Of a DNA stretch of 64,000 nucleotides, positions 14,520 to 24,500 are shown in pieces; position 1 is the stretch's first letter; every line of letters begins with the position of its first letter. The stretch lies in the NCBI RefSeq assembly GCF_009914755.1, contig NC_060937.1; one strand, 5' to 3'. The notes below the pieces were generated by a model. The model was given only the letters and a program-made list of their open reading frames with translations. It ran no database searches and was not told where the DNA came from. This DNA is from the human T2T-CHM13v2.0 reference genome, Homo sapiens. The position numbers were made by a program, and so were the translations under genes.

Positions 14520-15595
14520 TATGTGGCGGGGTGGTTTTCCTTCCCTCTCCTCCCTCCCCTTCTTCCTCCGTTTTCCCTTCCTTCTCTTTGGGGCGGGGTG
14601 GGGGAGGGGGAGCCTCGCGTCCTGGAACTCCGGGTGCTTCTGCCTGGGCTGCTGCTTGAGCAGCTGTGCCCGGAGCCTCCGGTGCGGCCTGGGTGCTGGG
14701 CTCCAGTCCGAGAGGCTCCATGCTGCTTACTGCAGGGACGTACAGGGCGGTGATCCAGTATCTAAATTCTTTGGGAGAAAATGAATAGTTCCCCCGCCCC
14801 CGCCCTCCAGGAAAAAAAAAAATCTGAGAATCTGAGAATGTTCAGCGCACCCGCGAATTTGCATCGGAGGTGCGTTTCCCCGTCAGAATGTCAGCCTCCC
14901 CAGGCTCATTCAACTTTATTTTCTCAAATTTTTGGTCTCCTTTGCTAGCAAGGAGGAGGGGGAAGGGAGTGGGTTGAGAGGAAGCTCTTCGACCCTTGCT
15001 AACTAGAACTGAATTAAAGTTGTAAACGCTGGAGTTTAATACTGGCTGGACTGAATTTGCAATGGGCTTTCAGATGGGGTGGGAGGTGAATGGGGGCGGG
15101 GAAGCACAGGGAGGGAGGGGGAGGGGACCCAACCTCGCTGAATGGATGTGCGGATTTGATCCAGCGGAGAACTGAAATTTCAAGGTAAACGTTTTGCTTT
15201 CACTGGGGTGGGGATGTTTTTGCCGCTTTTAAGCCGGGAGACGTTTACCGTTGCGTTGGGAGGTCGGGGATACTTGCGAGGTTTATGCACTGTGGTTCCA
15301 ATTCATCTCGACACGTCTGGGTGGCCACACGTGAATGATTCGCAGGCACACTGATACATGTGCGTTTGAATGCAGGGGCGTTTAATAACGCGGGCTGGAG
15401 TCGACTTGGGGATCAGGAGCAAGGTCTCCAGGCTTGAACCCGCTGTCTCGGAAACATCTTGGCTTTAGTTTGGAGTTGCAATTCGATATTAGACTTCGGT
15501 AGTGAGGCAAAGGCAAGGTTGACCAGAGAAACGGCATAGGTTCCTAGAGTCCAGCATTTCTATCAAATGTCCTCCACCCCATTAACCAACGCAGC

Positions 15596-15614
15596 ATGCG
15601 CGCGCGCGCACACA

Positions 15615-15647
<33 letters not shown>
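15596..15647 (+). repeat. (GC)n(AC)n alternating purine-pyrimidine tract
   Basis: ATGCGCGCGCGCGCACACACAAACACACAC... Confidence 0.95.
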
Positions 15648-15648
<1 letters not shown>

Positions 15649-16949
15649 CATTCCATTTATGTCCTTCCTTTAAGAGTGCTGCTGTTGATCAGAAGTAGGA
15701 AGTGGAAGGAAGCCTTCAAGGGGACAAAAAGAGAGCAAGAAAAAAAAGGGGGAGGGGGTCATATTGATTCCTGTGGGAGATGAAATTCGGATATTAAACA
15801 ACTGACCTAAGTCGCTTACAGTTCTTCCTCCCACCTTTCTATTTTGCCTCTTAATCAGCCCAGGCGTCCTTTCCCTGAGATTAAAAAAAAGAGAGAGGGG
15901 AGCGTTAACAATTAAATGTAATAAGCAACTCCAAAGATGGGGATGCTGTCGAGGTGGTAGTTCCGTGCAAACCTTGCTATTACCGTTGCAAATAGACGCG
16001 GAGCCCAAGGTAAGGGAGGCTTTCGTGCTGATCCTTGGTGTACTGATTCCCGGTAAGCGGTAGGAACGTCCTTTTTAAACTCTAGGCATCGGGAGGTATT
16101 CGGAGATTGCGGATACCTTCGCTGAGTTCTTTGTAATCCATCGTGCAGAACTATTTCAGTGGCTTAAAGATGCGGTTTGGTAGCGTCGCTGACATGATCA
16201 ATGAGAAGTGGTCGCAGGGCGCTCTCCGGGAAGCGCTGCTAAGTGGTACCGTGCATGCAATTAGGACGCTGATGTGCTTTAATAGCGTGGTAGTGAAGTC
16301 CACCATCAAAGCAAATGCGCTCTCCTTTTTTCTCCTTACTCAAAGCTCCGGGAGACAATTGGTGATTTAAGAGCTTCTTGGGGCTCCTTTGATGCATTAT
16401 ATTACAGCCTTTTTGCCTCTGAAAAGTATCCTTTAGGTTCCCACCGTGGCATTTCTAGCGATGGTTTAAAATACCCCAAGTATTTTGGCTCCTTGCCTCT
16501 CTGTGAACATGAGAGACCTTCACGGTGAACTGTTAACTGAAGAGGCTCTGAAAGAAAGAAGGGGGGTGGGGGCTGGGTATAGGTGAGGTGGGGAACCTTG
16601 TAAAATGGTGCTTCTTTTTTCTTAAATTAGAACCATGAAACTGAACTGACAGCCATTTTATGTATATTTATGGATTGGTTTTGAAAAGGGGGGGAGAAGA
16701 GAAAACTAAAATGGGACTTTATCTAACCTGCTCTTATCTTGTAAGGAGCAGCATATTTGTGGTGTGCTCATTTAAAAAAATTAATCAACCTTTAAATCAA
16801 AATGTATAATAGATTTTAATAAAATCTAGAGAATGTCAATGTTTCACTTGGGGAGGTGTGTCATTTGTATCTCTTCCTTTTGGGTTTTAGAGTAATAATG
16901 TTAAGAAAGAGAGAGACTTTCTGACTGATCCCTTAAATTTTTGTCATAT

Positions 16950-16983
16950 TCTGTTATTTCCTTGTTTTCTCTCTCCCTTACAG
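16950..16983 (+). other. SLITRK5: Splice acceptor of the SLITRK5 coding exon
   Basis: Polypyrimidine tract TTTCCTTGTTTTCTCTCTCCCTTACAG|GAG, 8 nt upstream of the ATG. Confidence 0.9.
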
Positions 16984-16991
16984 GAGGTAAA

Positions 16992-19868
16992 ATGCACACT
17001 TGCTGCCCCCCAGTAACTTTGGAACAGGACCTTCACAGAAAAATGCATAGCTGGATGCTGCAGACTCTAGCGTTTGCTGTAACATCTCTCGTCCTTTCGT
17101 GTGCAGAAACCATCGATTATTATGGGGAAATCTGTGACAATGCATGTCCTTGTGAGGAAAAGGACGGCATTTTAACTGTGAGCTGTGAAAACCGGGGGAT
17201 CATCAGTCTCTCTGAAATTAGCCCTCCCCGTTTCCCAATCTACCACCTCTTGTTGTCCGGAAACCTTTTGAACCGTCTCTATCCCAATGAGTTTGTCAAT
17301 TACACTGGGGCTTCAATTTTGCATCTAGGTAGCAATGTTATCCAGGACATTGAGACCGGGGCTTTCCATGGGCTACGGGGTTTGAGGAGATTGCATCTAA
17401 ACAATAATAAACTGGAACTTCTGCGAGATGATACCTTCCTTGGCTTGGAGAACCTGGAGTACCTACAGGTCGATTACAACTACATCAGCGTCATTGAACC
17501 CAATGCTTTTGGGAAACTGCATTTGTTGCAGGTGCTTATCCTCAATGACAATCTTTTGTCCAGTTTACCCAACAATCTTTTCCGTTTTGTGCCCTTAACG
17601 CACTTGGACCTCCGGGGGAACCGGCTGAAACTTCTGCCCTACGTGGGGCTCTTGCAGCACATGGATAAAGTTGTGGAGCTACAGCTGGAGGAAAACCCTT
17701 GGAATTGTTCTTGTGAGCTGATCTCTCTAAAGGATTGGTTGGACAGCATCTCCTATTCAGCCCTGGTGGGGGATGTAGTTTGTGAGACCCCCTTCCGCTT
17801 ACACGGAAGGGACTTGGACGAGGTATCCAAGCAGGAACTTTGCCCAAGGAGACTTATTTCTGACTACGAGATGAGGCCGCAGACGCCTTTGAGCACCACG
17901 GGGTATTTACACACCACCCCGGCGTCAGTGAATTCTGTGGCCACTTCTTCCTCTGCTGTTTACAAACCCCCTTTGAAGCCCCCTAAGGGGACTCGCCAAC
18001 CCAACAAGCCCAGGGTGCGCCCCACCTCTCGGCAGCCCTCTAAGGACTTGGGCTACAGCAACTATGGCCCCAGCATCGCCTATCAGACCAAATCCCCGGT
18101 GCCTTTGGAGTGTCCCACCGCGTGCTCTTGCAACCTGCAGATCTCTGATCTGGGCCTCAACGTAAACTGCCAGGAGCGAAAGATCGAGAGCATCGCTGAA
18201 CTGCAGCCCAAGCCCTACAATCCCAAGAAAATGTATCTGACAGAGAACTACATCGCTGTCGTGCGCAGGACAGACTTCCTGGAGGCCACGGGGCTGGACC
18301 TCCTGCACCTGGGGAATAACCGCATCTCGATGATCCAGGACCGCGCTTTCGGGGATCTCACCAACCTGAGGCGCCTCTACCTGAATGGCAACAGGATCGA
18401 GAGGCTGAGCCCGGAGTTATTCTATGGCCTGCAGAGCCTGCAGTATCTCTTCCTCCAGTACAATCTCATCCGCGAGATTCAGTCTGGAACTTTTGACCCG
18501 GTCCCAAACCTCCAGCTGCTATTCTTGAATAACAACCTCCTGCAGGCCATGCCCTCAGGCGTCTTCTCTGGCTTGACCCTCCTCAGGCTAAACCTGAGGA
18601 GTAACCACTTCACCTCCTTGCCAGTGAGTGGAGTTTTGGACCAGCTGAAGTCACTCATCCAAATCGACCTGCATGACAATCCTTGGGATTGTACCTGTGA
18701 CATTGTGGGCATGAAGCTGTGGGTGGAGCAGCTCAAAGTGGGCGTCCTAGTGGACGAGGTGATCTGTAAGGCGCCCAAAAAATTCGCTGAGACCGACATG
18801 CGCTCCATTAAGTCGGAGCTGCTGTGCCCTGACTATTCAGATGTAGTAGTTTCCACGCCCACACCCTCCTCTATCCAGGTCCCTGCGAGGACCAGCGCCG
18901 TGACTCCTGCGGTCCGGTTGAATAGCACCGGGGCCCCCGCGAGCTTGGGCGCAGGCGGAGGGGCGTCGTCGGTGCCCTTGTCTGTGTTAATTCTCAGCCT
19001 CCTGCTGGTTTTCATCATGTCCGTCTTCGTGGCCGCCGGGCTCTTCGTGCTGGTCATGAAGCGCAGGAAGAAGAACCAGAGCGACCACACCAGCACCAAC
19101 AACTCCGACGTGAGCTCCTTTAACATGCAGTACAGCGTGTACGGCGGCGGCGGCGGCACGGGCGGCCACCCACACGCGCACGTGCATCACCGCGGGCCCG
19201 CGCTGCCCAAGGTGAAGACGCCCGCGGGCCACGTGTATGAATACATCCCCCACCCACTGGGCCACATGTGCAAAAACCCCATCTACCGCTCCCGAGAGGG
19301 CAACTCCGTAGAGGATTACAAAGACCTGCACGAGCTCAAGGTCACCTACAGCAGCAACCACCACCTGCAGCAGCAGCAGCAGCCGCCGCCGCCACCGCAG
19401 CAGCCACAGCAGCAGCCCCCGCCGCAGCTGCAGCTGCAGCCCGGGGAGGAGGAGAGGCGGGAAAGCCACCACTTGCGGAGCCCCGCCTACAGCGTCAGCA
19501 CCATCGAGCCCCGGGAGGACCTGCTGTCGCCGGTGCAGGACGCCGACCGCTTTTACAGGGGCATTTTAGAACCAGACAAACACTGCTCCACCACCCCCGC
19601 CGGCAATAGCCTCCCGGAATATCCCAAATTCCCGTGCAGCCCCGCTGCTTACACTTTCTCCCCCAACTATGACCTGAGACGCCCCCATCAGTATTTGCAC
19701 CCGGGGGCAGGGGACAGCAGGCTACGGGAACCGGTGCTCTACAGCCCCCCGAGTGCTGTCTTTGTAGAACCCAACCGGAACGAATATCTGGAGTTAAAAG
19801 CAAAACTAAACGTTGAGCCGGACTACCTCGAAGTGCTGGAAAAACAGACCACGTTTAGCCAGTTCTAA
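16992..19868 (+). CDS. SLITRK5: SLIT and NTRK-like protein 5 (958 aa), entire CDS in one exon
   Basis: [23 protein letters not shown] start; signal peptide; two LRRNT-6xLRR-LRRCT modules (NPWNCSC, NPWDCTC); SLITRK linker motif IAYQTK; TM helix [24 protein letters not shown] followed by KRRKK; cytoplasmic [12 protein letters not shown] and C-terminal PDYLEVLE. Confidence 0.98.
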   Translation: MHTCCPPVTLEQDLHRKMHSWMLQTLAFAVTSLVLSCAETIDYYGEICDNACPCEEKDGILTVSCENRGIISLSEISPPRFPIYHLLLSGNLLNRLYPNEFVNYTGASILHLGSNVIQDIETGAFHGLRGLRRLHLNNNKLELLRDDTFLGLENLEYLQVDYNYISVIEPNAFGKLHLLQVLILNDNLLSSLPNNLFRFVPLTHLDLRGNRLKLLPYVGLLQHMDKVVELQLEENPWNCSCELISLKDWLDSISYSALVGDVVCETPFRLHGRDLDEVSKQELCPRRLISDYEMRPQTPLSTTGYLHTTPASVNSVATSSSAVYKPPLKPPKGTRQPNKPRVRPTSRQPSKDLGYSNYGPSIAYQTKSPVPLECPTACSCNLQISDLGLNVNCQERKIESIAELQPKPYNPKKMYLTENYIAVVRRTDFLEATGLDLLHLGNNRISMIQDRAFGDLTNLRRLYLNGNRIERLSPELFYGLQSLQYLFLQYNLIREIQSGTFDPVPNLQLLFLNNNLLQAMPSGVFSGLTLLRLNLRSNHFTSLPVSGVLDQLKSLIQIDLHDNPWDCTCDIVGMKLWVEQLKVGVLVDEVICKAPKKFAETDMRSIKSELLCPDYSDVVVSTPTPSSIQVPARTSAVTPAVRLNSTGAPASLGAGGGASSVPLSVLILSLLLVFIMSVFVAAGLFVLVMKRRKKNQSDHTSTNNSDVSSFNMQYSVYGGGGGTGGHPHAHVHHRGPALPKVKTPAGHVYEYIPHPLGHMCKNPIYRSREGNSVEDYKDLHELKVTYSSNHHLQQQQQPPPPPQQPQQQPPPQLQLQPGEEERRESHHLRSPAYSVSTIEPREDLLSPVQDADRFYRGILEPDKHCSTTPAGNSLPEYPKFPCSPAAYTFSPNYDLRRPHQYLHPGAGDSRLREPVLYSPPSAVFVEPNRNEYLELKAKLNVEPDYLEVLEKQTTFSQF
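19365..19440 (+). repeat. Coding CAG/CCG repeat (polyQ/polyP)
   Basis: (CAG)5 (CCG)3 CCA CCG then an interrupted CAG-rich run, encoding [20 protein letters not shown]. Confidence 0.92.
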
Positions 19869-21220
19869 AAGCAAAGAAACTCTCTTGGAGCTTTTGCATT
19901 TAAAACAAACAAGCAAGCAGACACACACAGTGAACACATTTGATTAATTGTGTTGTTTCAACGTTTAGGGTGAAGTGCCTTGGCACGGGATTTCTCAGCT
20001 TCGGTGGAAGATACGAAAAGGGTGTGCAATTTCCTTTAAAATTTACACGTGGGAAACATTTGTGTAAACTGGGCACATCACTTTCTCTTCTTGCGTGTGG
20101 GGCAGGTGTGGAGAAGGGCTTTAAGGAGGCCAATTTGCTGCGCGGGTGACCTGTGAAAGGTCACAGTCATTTTTGTAGTGGTTGGAAGTGCTAAGAATGG
20201 TGGATGATGGCAGAGCATAGATTCTACTCTTCCTCTTTTGCTTCCTCCCCCTCCCCCGCCCCTGCCCCACCTCTCTTTCTCCCCTTTTAAGCCATGGGTG
20301 GGTCTAACTGGCTTTTGTGGAGAAATTAGCACACCCCAACTTTAATAGGAAATTTGTTCTCTTTTTCCGCCCCTCTCCTTCTCTCCTCCCCTCCCCTCCC
20401 TTCTCATTCCTTTTCTTTGTTTTTAAAGGATGTGTTTGTATGCATTCTGGACATTTGAATTAAAAAAAAAGTATTGTGATCCTGTAAAGGATCACCATAG
20501 ATGTGGACAAATCATTAAAATTACAGAGCTATATGATCCATAATTGATTAGTCAAAATAACTTATTGATGAAATATACAAATATTTTATTGTATGTAGCA
20601 CCTATTTTTATATGCACATTTAGCATTCCTCTTTCCTTCACTATTTAGCCTATGATTTTGCAGAGGTGTCACACTGTATTAGGATCTGCATTTCTAAAAC
20701 TGACGTGGTATCAGGAAGGCATTTTCAATCATTCAAAATGTGGAGAATTTAATGGCTAAATCTTTAAAAGCCAATGCAACCCACCCAATTGAATCTGCAT
20801 TTTCTTTTAAGAAAACAGAGCTGATTGTATCCCAATGTATTTTAAAAAATAGGGCAATTGATTGGGCCATTCCGAGAGAATTGTTTGCAAGTTTTGGGTT
20901 TTATTAGAAAATATTTGAAAGTATTTTTATTAATGAACCAAAATGACATGTTCATTTGACTACTATTGTAGCCGATTTTCGATTGTTTAACCAAACCCAG
21001 TTGCATTTGTACAGATCCACGTGTACTGGCACCTCAGAAGACCAAATCATGGACTGTACAAGTCTCTATACAATGTCTTTATCCCTGTGGGCAGCAAGCA
21101 ATGATGATAATGACAAACAGGATATCTGTAAGATGGGGCTACTGTTGTTACAGTCTCATATGTATCCCAGCACATGTAATTTTTTAAATAGTTTCTGAAT
21201 AAACACTTGATAACTATGTC
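19869..21220 (+). other. SLITRK5: SLITRK5 proximal 3' UTR
   Basis: Follows the TAA stop, no recognisable transposons, ends shortly after AATAAA at 21198. Confidence 0.75.
21198..21203 (+). terminator. Polyadenylation signal
   Basis: AATAAA with upstream TGTA elements and a T-rich tract; first AATAAA I find after the stop codon. Confidence 0.75.
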
Positions 21221-21371
21221 AAATATGAGGGATGGAAGTAATGATTACTTAAGGTGCAAAAGACTTAACTATGTGTGATTGATAGAATCTCCATCATTAA
21301 CAATTTAGGAAATAGTTCCTAAACTTTATTCCTAATACAAAATGTGTTTCCCCTAATTAGCAAAATTGTAA

Positions 21372-21533
21372 AGTATATAGTATATATATAGTATATAGTA
21401 TATATAGTATATAGTATACATATAGTATATAGTATATATATAGTATATATATAGTATATATAGTATATATATAGTATATAGTATATATATAGTATATAGT
21501 ATATATATACTATATATAGTATATATATATATA
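21372..21533. repeat. (TA)n-G / TATAG-type low-complexity tandem repeat
   Basis: Repeated AGTATATAT(AT) units over about 160 bp. Confidence 0.95.
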
Positions 21534-24500
21534 ACATACATGACATATATAAGTAATTTATTCCTTTGTTGGTTCAGGGAAGTATGATTTTCTAAATGTG
21601 TCGCTTAATGTGTTTATTAATGCAGTTTCAATTATATACACTCTTTCCTTACTGAAGTATTCATCTACTACGTGGAGCATGGTAAGTAATATATCGCATA
21701 TTCACTTTTCTCTTAATACAATGTAATTGTCATATCAGTATTATTTATTCAGTCTACAGTTTTCCATAGTTTTCATATTTTTAATTTGTGTAAAACTACC
21801 TTCAACAGTTATGATGGATTCCTTATCTAAAGTTGATCAGTATTCTAAATGCTCAAAATGGTGTATATGAGCTCGTCATCTTTGAATAAGGTTTTCTAGT
21901 GAGTTTAGACACAATTTAAGGATAAGAAATGTTTCAATTATGTGCTTCATTGCTATAGGTGGATCTCCCCATAGTTTCACCTGGAATTTGTACAATATCA
22001 AGGGCTGTTCATGAACTTTGTGTTTAAAGAACAATTTCCATGGCATTCTGCCACAAAGAGGCAGCATTCACCCATGAGAAAATTGACAGTAACTACTTGA
22101 ATTCAGGTTGAACAGGTGGTACCAGTTTCCCGGAGGATTAAAAAAAAAACAAATTGTAATGCTACATTGACCAAGTACAGTAAGCTGTTCATATTCTTTG
22201 CAACATTTTCCTTTCTAATTTTTTTTTCAAAGGGGAAAGGAATAAGCTTAATAATGTCATGGTATTATCATGAAGAAAAGTGCATTGCTTGCTCTTCATC
22301 TACCTCCTCTATATTAGATCCAAGATTAGAAAAGAAAAAAAAAATACTAGCATTTGACTTCAAAATTGAGATTGGTATTATTCTTCACAGCAGCAGGAAG
22401 TTATTTTTTTAATGTCAGTATCACTTCCTCAACCTTATTATATATAGATATGACAGTTTTATAAATTATAAAATATAAATGTAAAGTGGAATCCTCCATG
22501 TAACTTAGTTTTATTTCTTAATTGGTGCATAAAATAAAAAGATAAGAATTACATAAAATTAATGACTTAGTTCTGGGCAATATAAGTAACTTTCAAAGAA
22601 AGTTTAGTGATGTATTTTTCAAAGATTTACAAAATTTTATTGTAAAACCAGCATTATTTTACATCATTTTGTCACATATACTCCCTTTAGGTGGTTCATT
22701 TCTATCTTACTCTTCCTAAGATGTCCAATATTTTATTTTAATCTTCAAAATAACATTTATAGATTGATTTTTAGAAGTTCCCCTTAATTTTTATATTATA
22801 TTTTCCCACTGTGTTAAGAAAATAAAAGTAAATTCATCCTGACTTTCATAAATGTGAAAAATTTTTTATCATCTCAGAATCATGAAACTGCACAGAATTA
22901 AAAAATGAATCATTTTTCTCCTACCAACGTCTTCCTGCTAATACATTAACTCATAAATTAGAATATAGGTTGTATAGTGTTGAATATTTGATTTTTGTTG
23001 ATTTAAGTTGCTCACTGAGTAGATAATTGGAATGGGCATATCAGTAGTATATGACTGGAGTAAGAAAATTCTCTTCACAGAATTTTGAGGAAGAAAATAT
23101 GTAATGTTTCAGGCACCAATTAAATTTGGATGCACACTAAGCTTACTCTTTGTGCTTGTTCGATTTAATATGTTGCATAAATCTCATATATTTAGAGGTA
23201 GATATTACAAAATATTATTTCTATGTCTATGTGATTATAATGTAAATACTTAAATTATATAAGAAAAAATAAACATATTCCAAGAAAATGTAGATAATTT
23301 GAATGCTAATATAAAAAATCATTTACAGCTAAACTATTGATTGAAGTTGTAAGTTAAACCACCTTAGCATAGATAGCCGACTTGGAACATGTCTTCTGTT
23401 TAGTGAAGATTATCACCTTTACACATGAAAAGTGGAAATTTTTGACAAATTTCCTGGGAACTCAAGTCTGTTCCTCACCACTGTTTCCTCAATACTAGTA
23501 AGAAAATCAAACTAGTTTGTAATGAGAACATCCACACGTACTGTGAAAAAAGTTACCATTTAAGAATTTAATCCAAGATCGCAGTTTCTGGCCTTAGGTA
23601 TTAGTTATATTTGTGTTACTACCTTGTTTTGTTGGCAAAATATTCAAATTAATATTCATTATTTTCTTTTTCTATTCTATTATTTCTTGTTTCCTTACAT
23701 CTGCTCCTTCCCTCCTTTCTCTTTTTTATCTTTTTTCTTCATTATTTTTCAATAAGGCAAGGGAAAGAGTGAACATAGTTTAGTCCTAGTTTGAAATGCC
23801 AAAATCTGGCTATTTAATTTGAAGAGTTCCATCGATGGTTCCCAAAGTCACATGACTCCAGATTAATGATAACATAGCAAATCACAAATATTCTGTCAAT
23901 TCATTTGGAAATGTGCTCTTCTTGCACTTTTCAGATGGCTCCAATTTAAGATATTTGCAGGCATGGCAAGATACCTGGAATGACTACTTTTAAGAATAAA
24001 TTTTACACTAAGAAAAAGGAACTAGGAACATCAAAGCAACAGATTTAAATACTAGAACCAGGCACAGTTAATTAATTAATTTTCAAAGAGAATAAAATGT
24101 TGCAAAAGTATAAACTGTACCATATTAACAGTTTTATTTATGCATAAGTTTCTACAAACCCTTTGAGATTCTCCACTATTGCAAATAAATATGTGAGAAT
24201 AAAATTAAAGTAGTTGGATAGACATTAGTCATGTGCCTAAAAATAATTGTCTAACATCTATATCCTCATAAACTTTATATCCATTGATATTGCAGCTGTA
24301 CATTATAATTATTAATTTCAATTCAATGTAATGCCTTTCTATGACTAACCATATATATTTCCATGAATATATGTAGCATGTATATGACATACAAAAATAG
24401 ATGGATTATCAAGGAGTTATTACACACACATTTTTCCCAAGTTTTTTTACATTTTAATATTTTCAAGGATTTCAAATTATACTCTTATTTTAATGTTTTA

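Larger units (their letters stand above)
12740..14760. promoter_or_regulatory. CpG island / SLITRK5 promoter (likely bidirectional); CpG-rich sequence continues to about 16450
   Basis: Abrupt switch from AT-rich to very GC/CpG-rich sequence, GC boxes, CTAATTAG homeobox palindrome at 13385-13392, ACAATAAACA Sox/Fox-like motif at about 13040. Confidence 0.92.

Noticed and set aside
12655-14784. Many overlapping 60-270 aa ORFs on both strands, including the unspliced 268-aa ORF 13595-14401
   Set aside because: Stop-poor GC-rich CpG island with low-complexity G/P/R/A translations and no recognisable domain; only the spliced uORF reading is retained as a finding
16941-16991. 17-aa N-terminal extension ([17 protein letters not shown]) in the ORF track
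   Set aside because: Starts at TTG within the intronic polypyrimidine tract upstream of the acceptor at 16983; the real start is ATG 16992
17542-19803. Antisense and alternate-frame ORFs inside SLITRK5
   Set aside because: Expected shadow ORFs of a GC3-rich coding sequence
21319-21546. Y/I-rich ORFs and a possible spaced repeat array
   Set aside because: Simple TA-rich repeat; no unique spacers, not CRISPR-like
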